Of a stretch of 45,872 nt of DNA, positions 24,563-32,985 are shown piece after piece. The translations under genes and the position numbers were made by a program. Positions within the stretch are counted from its first letter, which is position 1, and each line of letters begins with the position of its first letter. Below the pieces are notes generated by a model. The model saw only the letters and a list, made by a program, of their open reading frames with translations, was not told the DNA's origin and did no database searches. Location of the stretch: NCBI GenBank assembly GCA_027335685.1, contig DAHWHN010000132.1:1-45872 (forward strand), written 5' to 3'. This DNA comes from Acidimicrobiaceae bacterium (GTDB lineage: Bacteria; Actinomycetota; Acidimicrobiia; Acidimicrobiales; Bog-793).

Positions 24563-25272
24563 TGGCACAGACGTCAGGAGCGGCGCTCGACGCCTTGCGC
24601 GCCGAGGTCCTCGAGGCGAACCTCGCCCTGCCCGCCCACGGTCTCGTGGCGCTCACCTGGGGCAACGTGAGCGGGATCGACCGCGAGCGCGGCCTGGTCG
24701 TCATCAAGGCGAGCGGGGTCCCGTACGCGTCGATGACGCTCGACGACATGGTCGTCGTCGACCTCGACGGCCGGGTCGTCGCGGGTGGTCGGCCGTCGAC
24801 GGACACCCCGACCCACCTCGCGCTCTACCGCGCCTTTCCCGACCTCGGCGGCGTCGTCCACACCCACTCGACCTGGGCGACGGCGTGGGCGCAGGCCGAG
24901 CGGGAGATCCCGATCCTCGGCACGACGCATGCCGACCTGTCGCCACGGGCGGTGCCGCTCGCACGGCCCCTCGGCGACGAGGAGGTCGCCGGCGCCTACG
25001 AGGCGAACACCGGGACAGTCGTCGTCGAGGCGATCGGTGCCGCCTCCCCGGCCGAGGTGCCGGCGGTCCTCGTCCGCTCGCACGGCCCGTTCTGCTGGGG
25101 GCCGAGCGCGACCGCAGCGGTCGAGAGCGCCGTGACGCTCGAGGAGGTGGCCAAGATGGCCCTGCTGACCGAGATGCTCCGGCCCGACGGGCCACCGCTC
25201 GCGGACGCGGTCCGGCGCAAGCACTACGAGCGCAAGCACGGCCCGCACGCCTACTACGGCCAGTCGTCGTGA
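24562..25272 (+). CDS. araD: L-ribulose-5-phosphate 4-epimerase (class II aldolase fold)
   Basis: LTWGNVSGIDRE, VIKASGV, PSTDTPTHLALY, VVHTHS, HGPFCWG, RKHGPHAYYGQ. The ATG shares one nucleotide with the araB TGA (TGATG). Confidence 0.9.
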   Translation: MAQTSGAALDALRAEVLEANLALPAHGLVALTWGNVSGIDRERGLVVIKASGVPYASMTLDDMVVVDLDGRVVAGGRPSTDTPTHLALYRAFPDLGGVVHTHSTWATAWAQAEREIPILGTTHADLSPRAVPLARPLGDEEVAGAYEANTGTVVVEAIGAASPAEVPAVLVRSHGPFCWGPSATAAVESAVTLEEVAKMALLTEMLRPDGPPLADAVRRKHYERKHGPHAYYGQSS

Positions 25273-26603
25273 CGGAGCCCGCCAGCGCCGTGCCGGGTCC
25301 GGGCCTGTCCGGGCCGTGCCCGTCCTGTGGCCTCGAGCACAGCGTCGCGATCGAGTAGGTCGTCGTCGGGCGCGACGCTCGAGAGCGCCTCGGCGCGTAC
25401 CTCGACGCGAAGCGCTGGCGGAGCGTGCTCGTCGTCGAGGACGCGAACACCGCCGACGCGCTCGGCGACGTGCTCGCCGGGGAGCTGTCCGCTGCCGGCC
25501 ATGTGGTCGCGCTCCAGCGCTTCGCGGACCGCCACGGTCTGCTCGCGGACGACGAGGCCGTCGGGGCGGTGCGCGACGCGCTCGGGGCGGCGCGGCCCGA
25601 CGCGGTGCTCGCCGTGGGCTCGGGGGTCCTCAACGACGTCACCCGCTATGCGACGTTCCTCGAGGGCTCGGCGTACGTGAGCGTGCCGAGCGCGCCGTCG
25701 ATGGACGGCTACGCCTCGAGCGTCGCGGCGATGCAGTTCGACGGGCTCAAGGTGACTCTGCCCGCGCAGGCGCCGCTCGCGATCTTCGCGGACTCGGCCG
25801 TTCTCGCAGCGGCGCCGCGAGAGATGATCGTCTGGGGCTTCGGCGACCTCATCGGCAAGGCGACGGCGCGCTTTGACTGGGTGCTCGGCAACGCCGCCTC
25901 CGGCGAGGTCTTCTGTGACGCAGTCGAGGCGCGCGTCCTCGCGCCGCTGACGCGTTGCGTCGACGACGTCGCCCGGCTCCTCGCGGGCGACGAGGACGCC
26001 GTCGTCGCGCTCACGACCGGGCTCGTCGAGTCCGGCATCGCGATGGCGATGATGGGCAACTCGCGGCCGGCGAGCGGCTGCGAGCACCACGCGTCGCACT
26101 TCTGGGACCTGCTCGCGTTCCGCAAGCTGCGCGAGCACGCCCCGCACGGGCTCCAGGTCGGCTACGCGACCCGCTTCGCGAGCGGCCTGCAGGAAGCCGC
26201 TCTCGCCGGGCTCGCCGAGCCGATGGTGCTGACGCCCGGCGCCGGCGGCAGCGACGACGAGCGCGCCTGGTTCGGCGAGCAGTACCGCGCTCTCGGCCCG
26301 GTGCGCGACGACAAGCGGGCCTGGTTCGCCACCTACGGCGAGTCCTGGCCGCCGCCGGAGCCGGAGCGCTCGGCGGCGGCCCGGCGGCTTGCCGACGTCG
26401 CGTCGAGCTTTCCCCGGGTGCGGGCCGCGCTCGACGTCGCGGGCATCCCGGCCGGCGCCGGCTTCCTCGGCGTCGACGCGGCGATGCTGCGCGCGACGTT
26501 CCGCTACGCGAACCGGTTGCGCAACCGCTTCACGGTGCTCGACCTTCTCGAGAGCCAGGAGCGGCTCGACGCGCTCCTCGACGAGGTCCTCCCCGGGAGC
26601 TGA
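25269..26603 (+). pseudogene. araM: sn-glycerol-1-phosphate dehydrogenase-like (AraM/EgsA, Fe-ADH fold) interrupted by an in-frame TAG at 25356-25358
   Basis: GTG 25269 overlaps the araD TGA (GTGA). It is followed by 29 coding-looking codons (...CPSCGLEHSVAIE), the TAG, and then the same frame continues VVVGRDARERLGAYLDAKRWRS-VLVVEDANT. The first downstream start is GTG 25425 (track ORF 25425..26603, 392 aa, with motifs GSGVLNDV, PSMDGYAS, GCEHHASHFWD). Confidence 0.6.
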
Positions 26604-26837
26604 GGCCTGGTGCGGCCGCCGGGTCTCGGGCGGTCGTCGGCGTCGCGCCCCGCCGGACGGCGAGCCCGCGAGGAGCTCGATCACGACGCGGTGCGCGTTG
26701 TCCACCGTGATCTCGGCGATGTCGTAGGGCGCGCAGGCCTCGACGACGTCGAGCGCGTCGCAACCCCGCGTCGTCTCGGCGACGGCGTCGTCGAGGACCG
26801 CCGCGAGGCCACGCGCCGAGACCTCGTCCGTCAGGTG

Positions 26838-26880
26838 GTCGCGCATCTGCTGGTCGCGCATCTGCTCGTCGCGCATCGAC
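26838..26880. repeat. 15-bp tandem repeat x2.8 (GTCGCGCATCTGCTG)
   Basis: Units at 26838-26852 and 26853-26867, with a partial copy at 26868-26880. On the minus strand it encodes MRDEQMRDQQMRD at the start of an orphan ORF. Confidence 0.75.
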
Positions 26881-27104
26881 GAGAGGGCCTCCGCTGGCGG
26901 CCAGCAGCCGCTGCGCGACGGTGCGCACGCCCTGGAACGAGGGCCCGTCGGGTGGGGACCGCATCCCGGGCGGCAGCGACCGGTCGGTCAGGCTGCCACC
27001 CTGGGCTTCTCGGGTTTCCTCGCGCCCGTGCGGGCCGAAGTAGGCTCGACTGGAAGAGTCCTTCCGCGAGCGACGTGGACGGTGTGACCGCCAGGAGGCA
27101 CGCA

Positions 27105-27962
27105 ATGCAGCAGCGCAAGATCGGCTCCGTGAGCGTCGGAGCGATCGGGCTCGGCGAGATGCCGATGTCCATCGAGGGCCGACCGGACGAGGCGCAGTCG
27201 CTCCGCACGATCCACGCGGCGCTCGACGCCGGCGTCACCCTCATCGACACCGCGGACGCCTACTCCCTCGGCGGCCCCGACACCGGTCACGGCGAGCGCC
27301 TCGTCGCCAAGGCGCTGCGCACCTGGAGCGGTGACAGCGACTCGGTCCTCGTCGCGACCAAAGGCGGTCACCTGCGTCCCGGCGACGGGAGCTGGACGGT
27401 CGACAGCACCCCGGCCTACCTGCGGAGCGCGGCCGAGGCCTCGCTGAAGGCGCTCGGCGTCGAGGCCATCGGCCTCTACCAGTACCACCGACCGGACCCG
27501 AAGGTCCCCTACGCGGACGCGGTCGGGGTGTTCAAAGAGCTCCTCGACGCCGGCAAGGTCCGCATGGTCGGCATCTCGAACGCGAACGTCGAGCAGATCG
27601 ACCTCGCGCGCTCCATCCTCGGTGCGGGCAACCTCGCGAGCGTGCAGAACCAGTTCTCGCCGTCGTTCCGCTCGAGCGAGGGCGAGCTCCGCCACTGCGG
27701 CGAGCACGGGATCGCGTTCCTGCCCTGGAGCCCGTTCGGCGGGATCGGCAACGCTGCTGCGCTGCGTGCGAACTTCCCGGCGTTTCCCAAGGTTGCCGAG
27801 GCGCACGGCGTCTCCGTCCACCAGGTCGTGCTCGCCTGGATGCTCGCGAAGGGCGAGCACGTCGTGCCGATCCCCGGGGCGAGCCGCGCCGAGTCGATCC
27901 TCGACTGCGTCGCCGCCGCGGATCTCGTCCTCAGCCCCGAGGAGCTCGCCAGCCTGGACTGA
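27105..27962 (+). CDS. aldo-keto reductase
   Basis: ATG 27105 lies 6 nt after AGGAGG. Motifs seen are IDTADAY, ATKGG, YQYHRPD and IPGASR. Confidence 0.9.
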   Translation: MQQRKIGSVSVGAIGLGEMPMSIEGRPDEAQSLRTIHAALDAGVTLIDTADAYSLGGPDTGHGERLVAKALRTWSGDSDSVLVATKGGHLRPGDGSWTVDSTPAYLRSAAEASLKALGVEAIGLYQYHRPDPKVPYADAVGVFKELLDAGKVRMVGISNANVEQIDLARSILGAGNLASVQNQFSPSFRSSEGELRHCGEHGIAFLPWSPFGGIGNAAALRANFPAFPKVAEAHGVSVHQVVLAWMLAKGEHVVPIPGASRAESILDCVAAADLVLSPEELASLD

Positions 27963-27978
27963 TTCCTGCCCGACGGCA

Positions 27979-28010
27979 GCCCCGGTGCCGGCGACGGCCG
28001 GCTCCGGGGC
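27979..28010. terminator. nested GC hairpin between convergent genes
   Basis: GCCCCGG (27979-27985) pairs with CCGGGGC (28004-28010), with inner GCCGGC repeats. It begins 17 nt after the AKR stop. Confidence 0.3.
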
Positions 28011-28111
28011 ACGGCGGCTGGGTGCCGGCCGTGTCCCCGTGCGGCCCGGTCTGCGGCCTCTCCTCGCGGCCGGTCCCTGCCGAGCCGTGGGCAGCTCGTC
28101 GTGGGCCGGGT

Positions 28112-28915
28112 TCAGGTGCGCCGGGGCGGGAGAGGGACGAACCCGCTCGTGCGCCGGACGTAGTCCGCGTAGCCCGGCCGGCGATCGGCGATGTCGCGCT
28201 CGAGGAGTGCCTTGCCCGAGCCGCGTGTGAGCAGCGCGGTCATCACGACGGGCGAGAGCACGGTCAGCGCCCCCGGAGCGCGCGCTGCGGCGACCACGTA
28301 GATGCCCCACCAGAAGCAGGCGTCGCCGAAGTAGTTCGGGTGCCGGGTGTAGCGCCACAGGCCGCGGTCCATCACCGCAGACCGGTCGGTCCGCTCGGCG
28401 AGGAAGCGCCCGAGCTGCGCGTCGCCGATCGCCTCGAACGCGATCCCGCCGAGCGCGACCGCGGCGCCGGCGAGGCCGAGGAGCCCGATCGGGCCGCGCT
28501 CGACGAGCGCGAGCTGGACGGGGAGCGAGACCCACCACATCACGAGGCCCTGGGGGAGGTAGACGACCCGCAGCGCGTAGCGGTCCCTGCTCCCGGGTGC
28601 TCGCGCGAGCAGCGCCACGTAGCGGCGGTCCTCTCCCGAGCGCAGTGCCCTGCGGCCGACGTGGACGGCGAGCCGCACACCCCAGAGGGCGACGAGGGTG
28701 ACGACGACGAGGCGCCGCGTGCCCGAGCCCTGGCCAGCGGACGCGACGAGGGCGACGAGGGCGACGACGACGAAGCCAAGACCCCAGATGATGTCGACGA
28801 TGCTGTGGCGCCCGGTCACGACGCCGAGGAGGAACGCGACGAGCATCGTCGCCGCGACGGCTCCCGCGCTCGCGGCGAGGGTGACGACGACGGGCCCGAG
28901 CGCGACGTCGCTCAC
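28112..28915 (-). CDS. DUF1295 membrane protein (steroid-reductase/ICMT-like fold)
   Basis: SIVDIIWGLGF, GLWRYTRHPNYFGD. GTG 28915 (residue 220 of the track ORF) overlaps the cfa TGA (GTGA). Confidence 0.75.
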   Translation of the reverse strand: MSDVALGPVVVTLAASAGAVAATMLVAFLLGVVTGRHSIVDIIWGLGFVVVALVALVASAGQGSGTRRLVVVTLVALWGVRLAVHVGRRALRSGEDRRYVALLARAPGSRDRYALRVVYLPQGLVMWWVSLPVQLALVERGPIGLLGLAGAAVALGGIAFEAIGDAQLGRFLAERTDRSAVMDRGLWRYTRHPNYFGDACFWWGIYVVAAARAPGALTVLSPVVMTALLTRGSGKALLERDIADRRPGYADYVRRTSGFVPLPPRRT

Positions 28916-30258
28916 GGGCGCCACCCGGCACGGCCGGGCGCCATGCCGCTCGAGCCGTCCGAGGCCGGGCGCACGGCGAGGATCTGGTCGACGCCGGTGC
29001 TGCCACGCTCGAAGCCGATCGCGATGCCCGCGAGGTACAGCCGCCAGACCCGGACACGCTCGGGGCCGATGAGCGAGATGGCCGCCGGCTCGTTCTCGAC
29101 GAGCGTCGCGTACCAGGCGCGCGCGGTCCGCGCGTAGTGCTCGCGCATCGCCTCGACGTCGCGGACCTCGAGGCCCGCCCTCTCGAGCAGCGCGACCGTC
29201 TCGCCGACGGGGCGCATGTGCATGTCGGGCGCGATGTAGGACTCGATGAACGGCCCGCCGCCCGGCGAGGATCTCGGCCGGGACATCTGCTGGACGAGCA
29301 CCCGACCGCCCGGACGCAGGCGCGACGCGAGCAGGGACGCGAACGCGGGGTAGCCGTCCCGGCCGACGTGCTCGCCCATCTCGATCGCGCTGACCGCGTC
29401 GTGCTCGTCGACGGGAGCGTCGCGGTAGTCGGCCTGGACGACCTCGACGCGACCGGCGAGACCGTGCTCGCCGGCGCGGACGCGCACGTAGCTGGCCTGC
29501 TCGCCCGAGAGCGTGACGGCCGTGACCGTCGCCCCGTGCTCCCGGGCCGCGTGGAGGGCGAGCGAGCCCCACCCACAGCCGAGGTCGAGCAACCGCGTGC
29601 CGGGCCCGATGCCGAGCTTCGTGCAGACGAGCTCGAGCTTCGCGCGCTGCGCAGCGGCCAGTGGCTGGTCGGGTCCGCTGAAGTACGCGCAGGAGTACGC
29701 CATCGTCTCGTCGAGCAGCAGCTCGTAGAAGGCGTTCGACAGGTCGTAGTGGTGCGCGACGACTGCCCGGTCCCGCCGCCGCGAGTGCAGGCGTCCGGCG
29801 ACGCGCGCCTCGCTCGCGGGCGCGGGGGGCGGGAGCCCGAGCGCGCCGAGTCGGCCGGCGGCGCGGGCCATGCGGAGCCAGGCGCGCCCGCCTGGGCGAG
29901 CCCGGGACGAGCCGCGCGATGCGAGGGCGCTCCAGACGAGCTCGAGGCTGTCCGCGAGGTCGCCGTCGACGTCGAGATCGCCGGCTGCGAAGGCACGCGC
30001 GAGGCCAAGCTCCCCCGGGGACCAGAGGAGGCGGCGCAGGGCGTCACGCGTCGTGACCGTGACGAGCGGAGCGTCCGTCGGGCCGGCGAGCGAGCCGTCG
30101 AAGGCCCGGACGCGAAACGGCACCGTGCCGCCGAACACCGGTGCCACGAGGTCGAGGATCTGCGCGGCGATGCCGCCGGTACCGCCGACGCCGGTCGTGC
30201 CGGGGGTGCCTGCGCCGGTGGGCCGGGTCGCGTCGCCGCCGTGCTCGATCGTCGTCAC
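28912..30258 (-). CDS. cfa: cyclopropane-fatty-acyl-phospholipid synthase family SAM methyltransferase
   Basis: HYDLSNAFYELLLDETMAYSCAYF, LLDLGCGWGSLALHAA, SIEMGEHVG, WRLYLAG. Confidence 0.9.
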   Translation of the reverse strand: MTTIEHGGDATRPTGAGTPGTTGVGGTGGIAAQILDLVAPVFGGTVPFRVRAFDGSLAGPTDAPLVTVTTRDALRRLLWSPGELGLARAFAAGDLDVDGDLADSLELVWSALASRGSSRARPGGRAWLRMARAAGRLGALGLPPPAPASEARVAGRLHSRRRDRAVVAHHYDLSNAFYELLLDETMAYSCAYFSGPDQPLAAAQRAKLELVCTKLGIGPGTRLLDLGCGWGSLALHAAREHGATVTAVTLSGEQASYVRVRAGEHGLAGRVEVVQADYRDAPVDEHDAVSAIEMGEHVGRDGYPAFASLLASRLRPGGRVLVQQMSRPRSSPGGGPFIESYIAPDMHMRPVGETVALLERAGLEVRDVEAMREHYARTARAWYATLVENEPAAISLIGPERVRVWRLYLAGIAIGFERGSTGVDQILAVRPASDGSSGMAPGRAGWRP

Positions 30259-30360
30259 GGACCTCCGTTCGGTGCCGGCGGGGGGTGCGGATGTGCGTCG
30301 ACGTCGGCTCTGTCACCGTTAGCCTCCCATCGACTGCCGCCGTTCGCACGAGGAGGGCCG

Positions 30361-30822
30361 ATGGACATAGGTGACGTCGTCGAGGACTTCTCGCTGCCCG
30401 ACGAGACCGGGACGGTGCGCTCGCTGTCCGAGCTCCTCGCCGGCGGTCCTGTCGTGCTCTACTTCTACCCGATGGCGATGACGAAGGGCTGCACGGCCGA
30501 GAGCTGCCACTTCCGTGACCTCGGGGCCGAGTTCGCCGCGCTCGGCGCCCAGCGGGTCGGGATCAGCGCCGACCCCGTCGAGCGCCAGCGGGCGTTCTCG
30601 GACAAGCACGCCTTCGACTTCCCGCTGCTGTCCGACCCCGACGGTGCCGTCGCCGCGCGCTTCGGCGTGAAGCGGAGCTTCGGGCCGCTCCCGGTGAAGC
30701 GACGCACCTTCGTGATCGACACCGACTCGCGCGTCCTCGCGGTGATCGCGAGCGAGACGCGTATGGCGGTCCACGCGGACCGGGCCCTCGAGGTCCTGCG
30801 CGAGCGGGCTGCCCGCGGCTGA
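30361..30822 (+). CDS. bcp: peroxiredoxin (Bcp-type thiol peroxidase)
   Basis: VVLYFYPMAMTKGCTAESC, FPLLSDPDG. AGGAGGG lies upstream of ATG 30361. Confidence 0.9.
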   Translation: MDIGDVVEDFSLPDETGTVRSLSELLAGGPVVLYFYPMAMTKGCTAESCHFRDLGAEFAALGAQRVGISADPVERQRAFSDKHAFDFPLLSDPDGAVAARFGVKRSFGPLPVKRRTFVIDTDSRVLAVIASETRMAVHADRALEVLRERAARG

Positions 30823-30912
30823 TCGACTGGGTGCGCTGGCTGAGGTCGGGCGCGTCGATGCGCTGGCTGCGGTCCGCGGCGCACGTCCCCCTCGTCGCTA
30901 ACCTCGGTCCCC

Positions 30913-32217
30913 GTGGCGCGGTCGCGGGTCCTCGTCGACCTCGGCCCGCTGCGCAAGTTCCCGCAGTTCCGCCTCTTGTGGTCGGGCTACGTCGTGAGCA
31001 GCCTCGGCAACCAGCTCACGGTCGTCGCGGTTCCCTACCAGATCTTCCGGATAACACACTCCTCCCTCGACGTCGGGCTCGTGAGCCTGGCCCAGCTCGT
31101 CCCCCTGCTCGCCGGTTCGCTCGTCGGCGGGACGGTGGCGGACCGCATGGACCGCAGGCGCCTTCTGCTCGTCTCGCAGTCGCTGCTCGCCTCGACGAGC
31201 GTCGGGCTCGCGCTGAACGCGGGCTCGGCGCACCCTGCGCTCTGGCCGTTGTTCGTGTGCAGCGCCTGCCAGGCGGGTTTCTCCGGCGTCGACGGGCCGA
31301 CGCGCGCGGCCATCGTCGTGAGCACCGTCGACCGCGAGTCGGTCGTCGGTGCGAACGCGCTCTGGCAGGTGCTCTACCAGCTCGCTCAGATCGGCGGCCC
31401 AGCCGTCGCGGGTGTCCTGCTCGCGAGGTTCGGGGTGCGGCCCGTCTACTGGGTCGACGTCGTGAGCTTCGGCGCGTCGCTCGCGTGCATCTCCCGCCTC
31501 GCGCGCGTGCCGCCGTCGAGGTCCAAGGCGGACCACGAGCCGTGGCTGTCCGAGGTGGCCGGCGGGCTCCGCTATCTCCGGGGCCACCAGGTGCTCCAGG
31601 CGATCTTCCTCGTCGACTTGAACGCGATGGTCTTCGGCATGCCCCGTGCGCTGTTTCCCGCGCTCGGCCTCGTCCGCTTCCACGGCGGAGCCGGAGCGGT
31701 CGGGCTGCTCTACGCGGCGCCGGGCGTCGGCGCGCTGGTCGGGGCTCTGGCGACCGGTTGGGTCGCGGCGATCCGCCGCCAGGGTCTCGCGGTGCTCGTC
31801 GCGGTCGGCGTCTGGGGCGCGTCGATCACGGCGTTCGGTCTCGTGCCGTCCTTTGCCGCAGCGCTCGCGCTGCTCGCGCTCGCCGGCGGCGCCGACGTCG
31901 TCTCCGCCGTGTTCCGCTCGACGATCCTGCAGCTCGACGCCCCCGACGAGCTGCTCGGTCGCCTCCAGGCGGTCCAGACGGCCGTGGTCACCGGCGGCCC
32001 GCGCCTCGGCGACCTCGAGGCCGGCGCAGTCGCGTCGATCGCAGGGACCGAGATCTCCGTCGTCTCCGGCGGCCTCGCGTGCCTCGCCGGCCTGGCCGTG
32101 CTGTCCCGACTACTCCCGCGCTTCGCACGATTCGAGCGTGGCGCGTCCGGGGCCGCGGGCGCACGGGCAGAACAGTGCGGTCCGGGAAAGGACCGATGCG
32201 GCGGTGTGGAAGGGTAG
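30913..32217 (+). CDS. MFS transporter (EntS/MFS_3-like), paralog family of 21382..22755
   Basis: FPQFRLLWSGYVVSSLGNQLTVVAVPYQIF, GGTVADRMDRRRLL. GTG start; TAACCT lies 8 nt upstream. Confidence 0.8.
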   Translation: MARSRVLVDLGPLRKFPQFRLLWSGYVVSSLGNQLTVVAVPYQIFRITHSSLDVGLVSLAQLVPLLAGSLVGGTVADRMDRRRLLLVSQSLLASTSVGLALNAGSAHPALWPLFVCSACQAGFSGVDGPTRAAIVVSTVDRESVVGANALWQVLYQLAQIGGPAVAGVLLARFGVRPVYWVDVVSFGASLACISRLARVPPSRSKADHEPWLSEVAGGLRYLRGHQVLQAIFLVDLNAMVFGMPRALFPALGLVRFHGGAGAVGLLYAAPGVGALVGALATGWVAAIRRQGLAVLVAVGVWGASITAFGLVPSFAAALALLALAGGADVVSAVFRSTILQLDAPDELLGRLQAVQTAVVTGGPRLGDLEAGAVASIAGTEISVVSGGLACLAGLAVLSRLLPRFARFERGASGAAGARAEQCGPGKDRCGGVEG

Positions 32218-32221
32218 GGAC

Positions 32222-32983
32222 ATGGCGACCACGGGTGACGGGCAGGCGGGTGACGGCACGGCAGGTGACGGGCAGGCGGGTGACGGACGGCCGAGTGGAG
32301 GTGGCGTCGGGCGCGTCGGCATGATCGGCGGGACCGGGCCGGCAGGGCGGGCGCTCGCGCTGCGGCTCGCCGCGGCAGGTCTCGAGGTGGACCTCGGGTC
32401 GCGCTCGGCGGAGCGCGCCGAGCAGGTCGCAGCCGAGCTGCGCGAGCGCTGGCCCGGGCGCGACCTCGCCGTGCGCGGCGCCGCGAACCGTGACGCGGCG
32501 ATGGCGGACATCGTCGTGCTCGCGACGCCGTTCGAGGCGGCCGCCGAGACGGCCGCGGGCCTCGCGGACGAGCTGGCTGGACGGGTCGTCGTGTCGATGG
32601 TCAACGCGCTCACCCGGGTCGGCCGGGAGCTCCACGCGCTCGTGCCGGCTCTCGGCTCGGTCGCCGCTACCGTGCAGTCCGTGCTGCCGCGCTCCGAGGT
32701 CGCCGCTGCGTTCCAGCACCTGCCGGCAAGGCACCTCGGCGACCTCCACCACGAGCTCGTCGCCGACGTGCTCGTCTGCGCGTCGAGCCCGCGGTCTGCG
32801 TCGAGCACGGCCGCGCTCGTCGAGGCCGTGCCGGGTCTGCGTGCCGTCCACGCGGGCTCGCTCGCCTCGGCCGGCCCGGTCGAGGCGCTCACGGCGGTGC
32901 TCGTCAACGTCAACATCGCCTACCGCTCGCACGTGGCCGTGCGCCTCGAAGGCCTCCGGGCCGCAGGAGCTGGAGCACCGTGA
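32222..32983 (+). CDS. npdG: NADPH-dependent F420 reductase-like / ProC-like Rossmann oxidoreductase
   Basis: GMIGGTGPAGRALALRLAAAG Rossmann motif. The N-terminal 30 aa come from a 15-bp x4 repeat, and ATG 32321 is the alternative start. Confidence 0.65.
   Translation: MATTGDGQAGDGTAGDGQAGDGRPSGGGVGRVGMIGGTGPAGRALALRLAAAGLEVDLGSRSAERAEQVAAELRERWPGRDLAVRGAANRDAAMADIVVLATPFEAAAETAAGLADELAGRVVVSMVNALTRVGRELHALVPALGSVAATVQSVLPRSEVAAAFQHLPARHLGDLHHELVADVLVCASSPRSASSTAALVEAVPGLRAVHAGSLASAGPVEALTAVLVNVNIAYRSHVAVRLEGLRAAGAGAP
32234..32293. repeat. 15-bp tandem repeat x4 (GGTGACGGGCAGGCG-like)
   Basis: Units at 32234-32248, 32249-32263, 32264-32278 and 32279-32293. It encodes GDGQA/GDGTA/GDGQA/GDGRP. 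Confidence 0.8.
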
Positions 32984-32985
32984 CG

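Noticed and set aside
25254-26876. The full 540-aa minus-strand ORF opposite araM
   Set aside because: Only the first ~77 codons (26876-26646) look coding. The rest is antisense to araM and is Arg/Glu/Asp-rich. I kept only the 5' part as a low-confidence finding.
26988-30047. 1019-aa minus-strand ORF
   Set aside because: It crosses the AKR gene antisense and runs in the wrong frame through the DUF1295 and cfa genes. Its composition is Arg/Pro/Ala-rich. The real minus-strand genes, 28112-28915 and 28912-30258, are in other frames.
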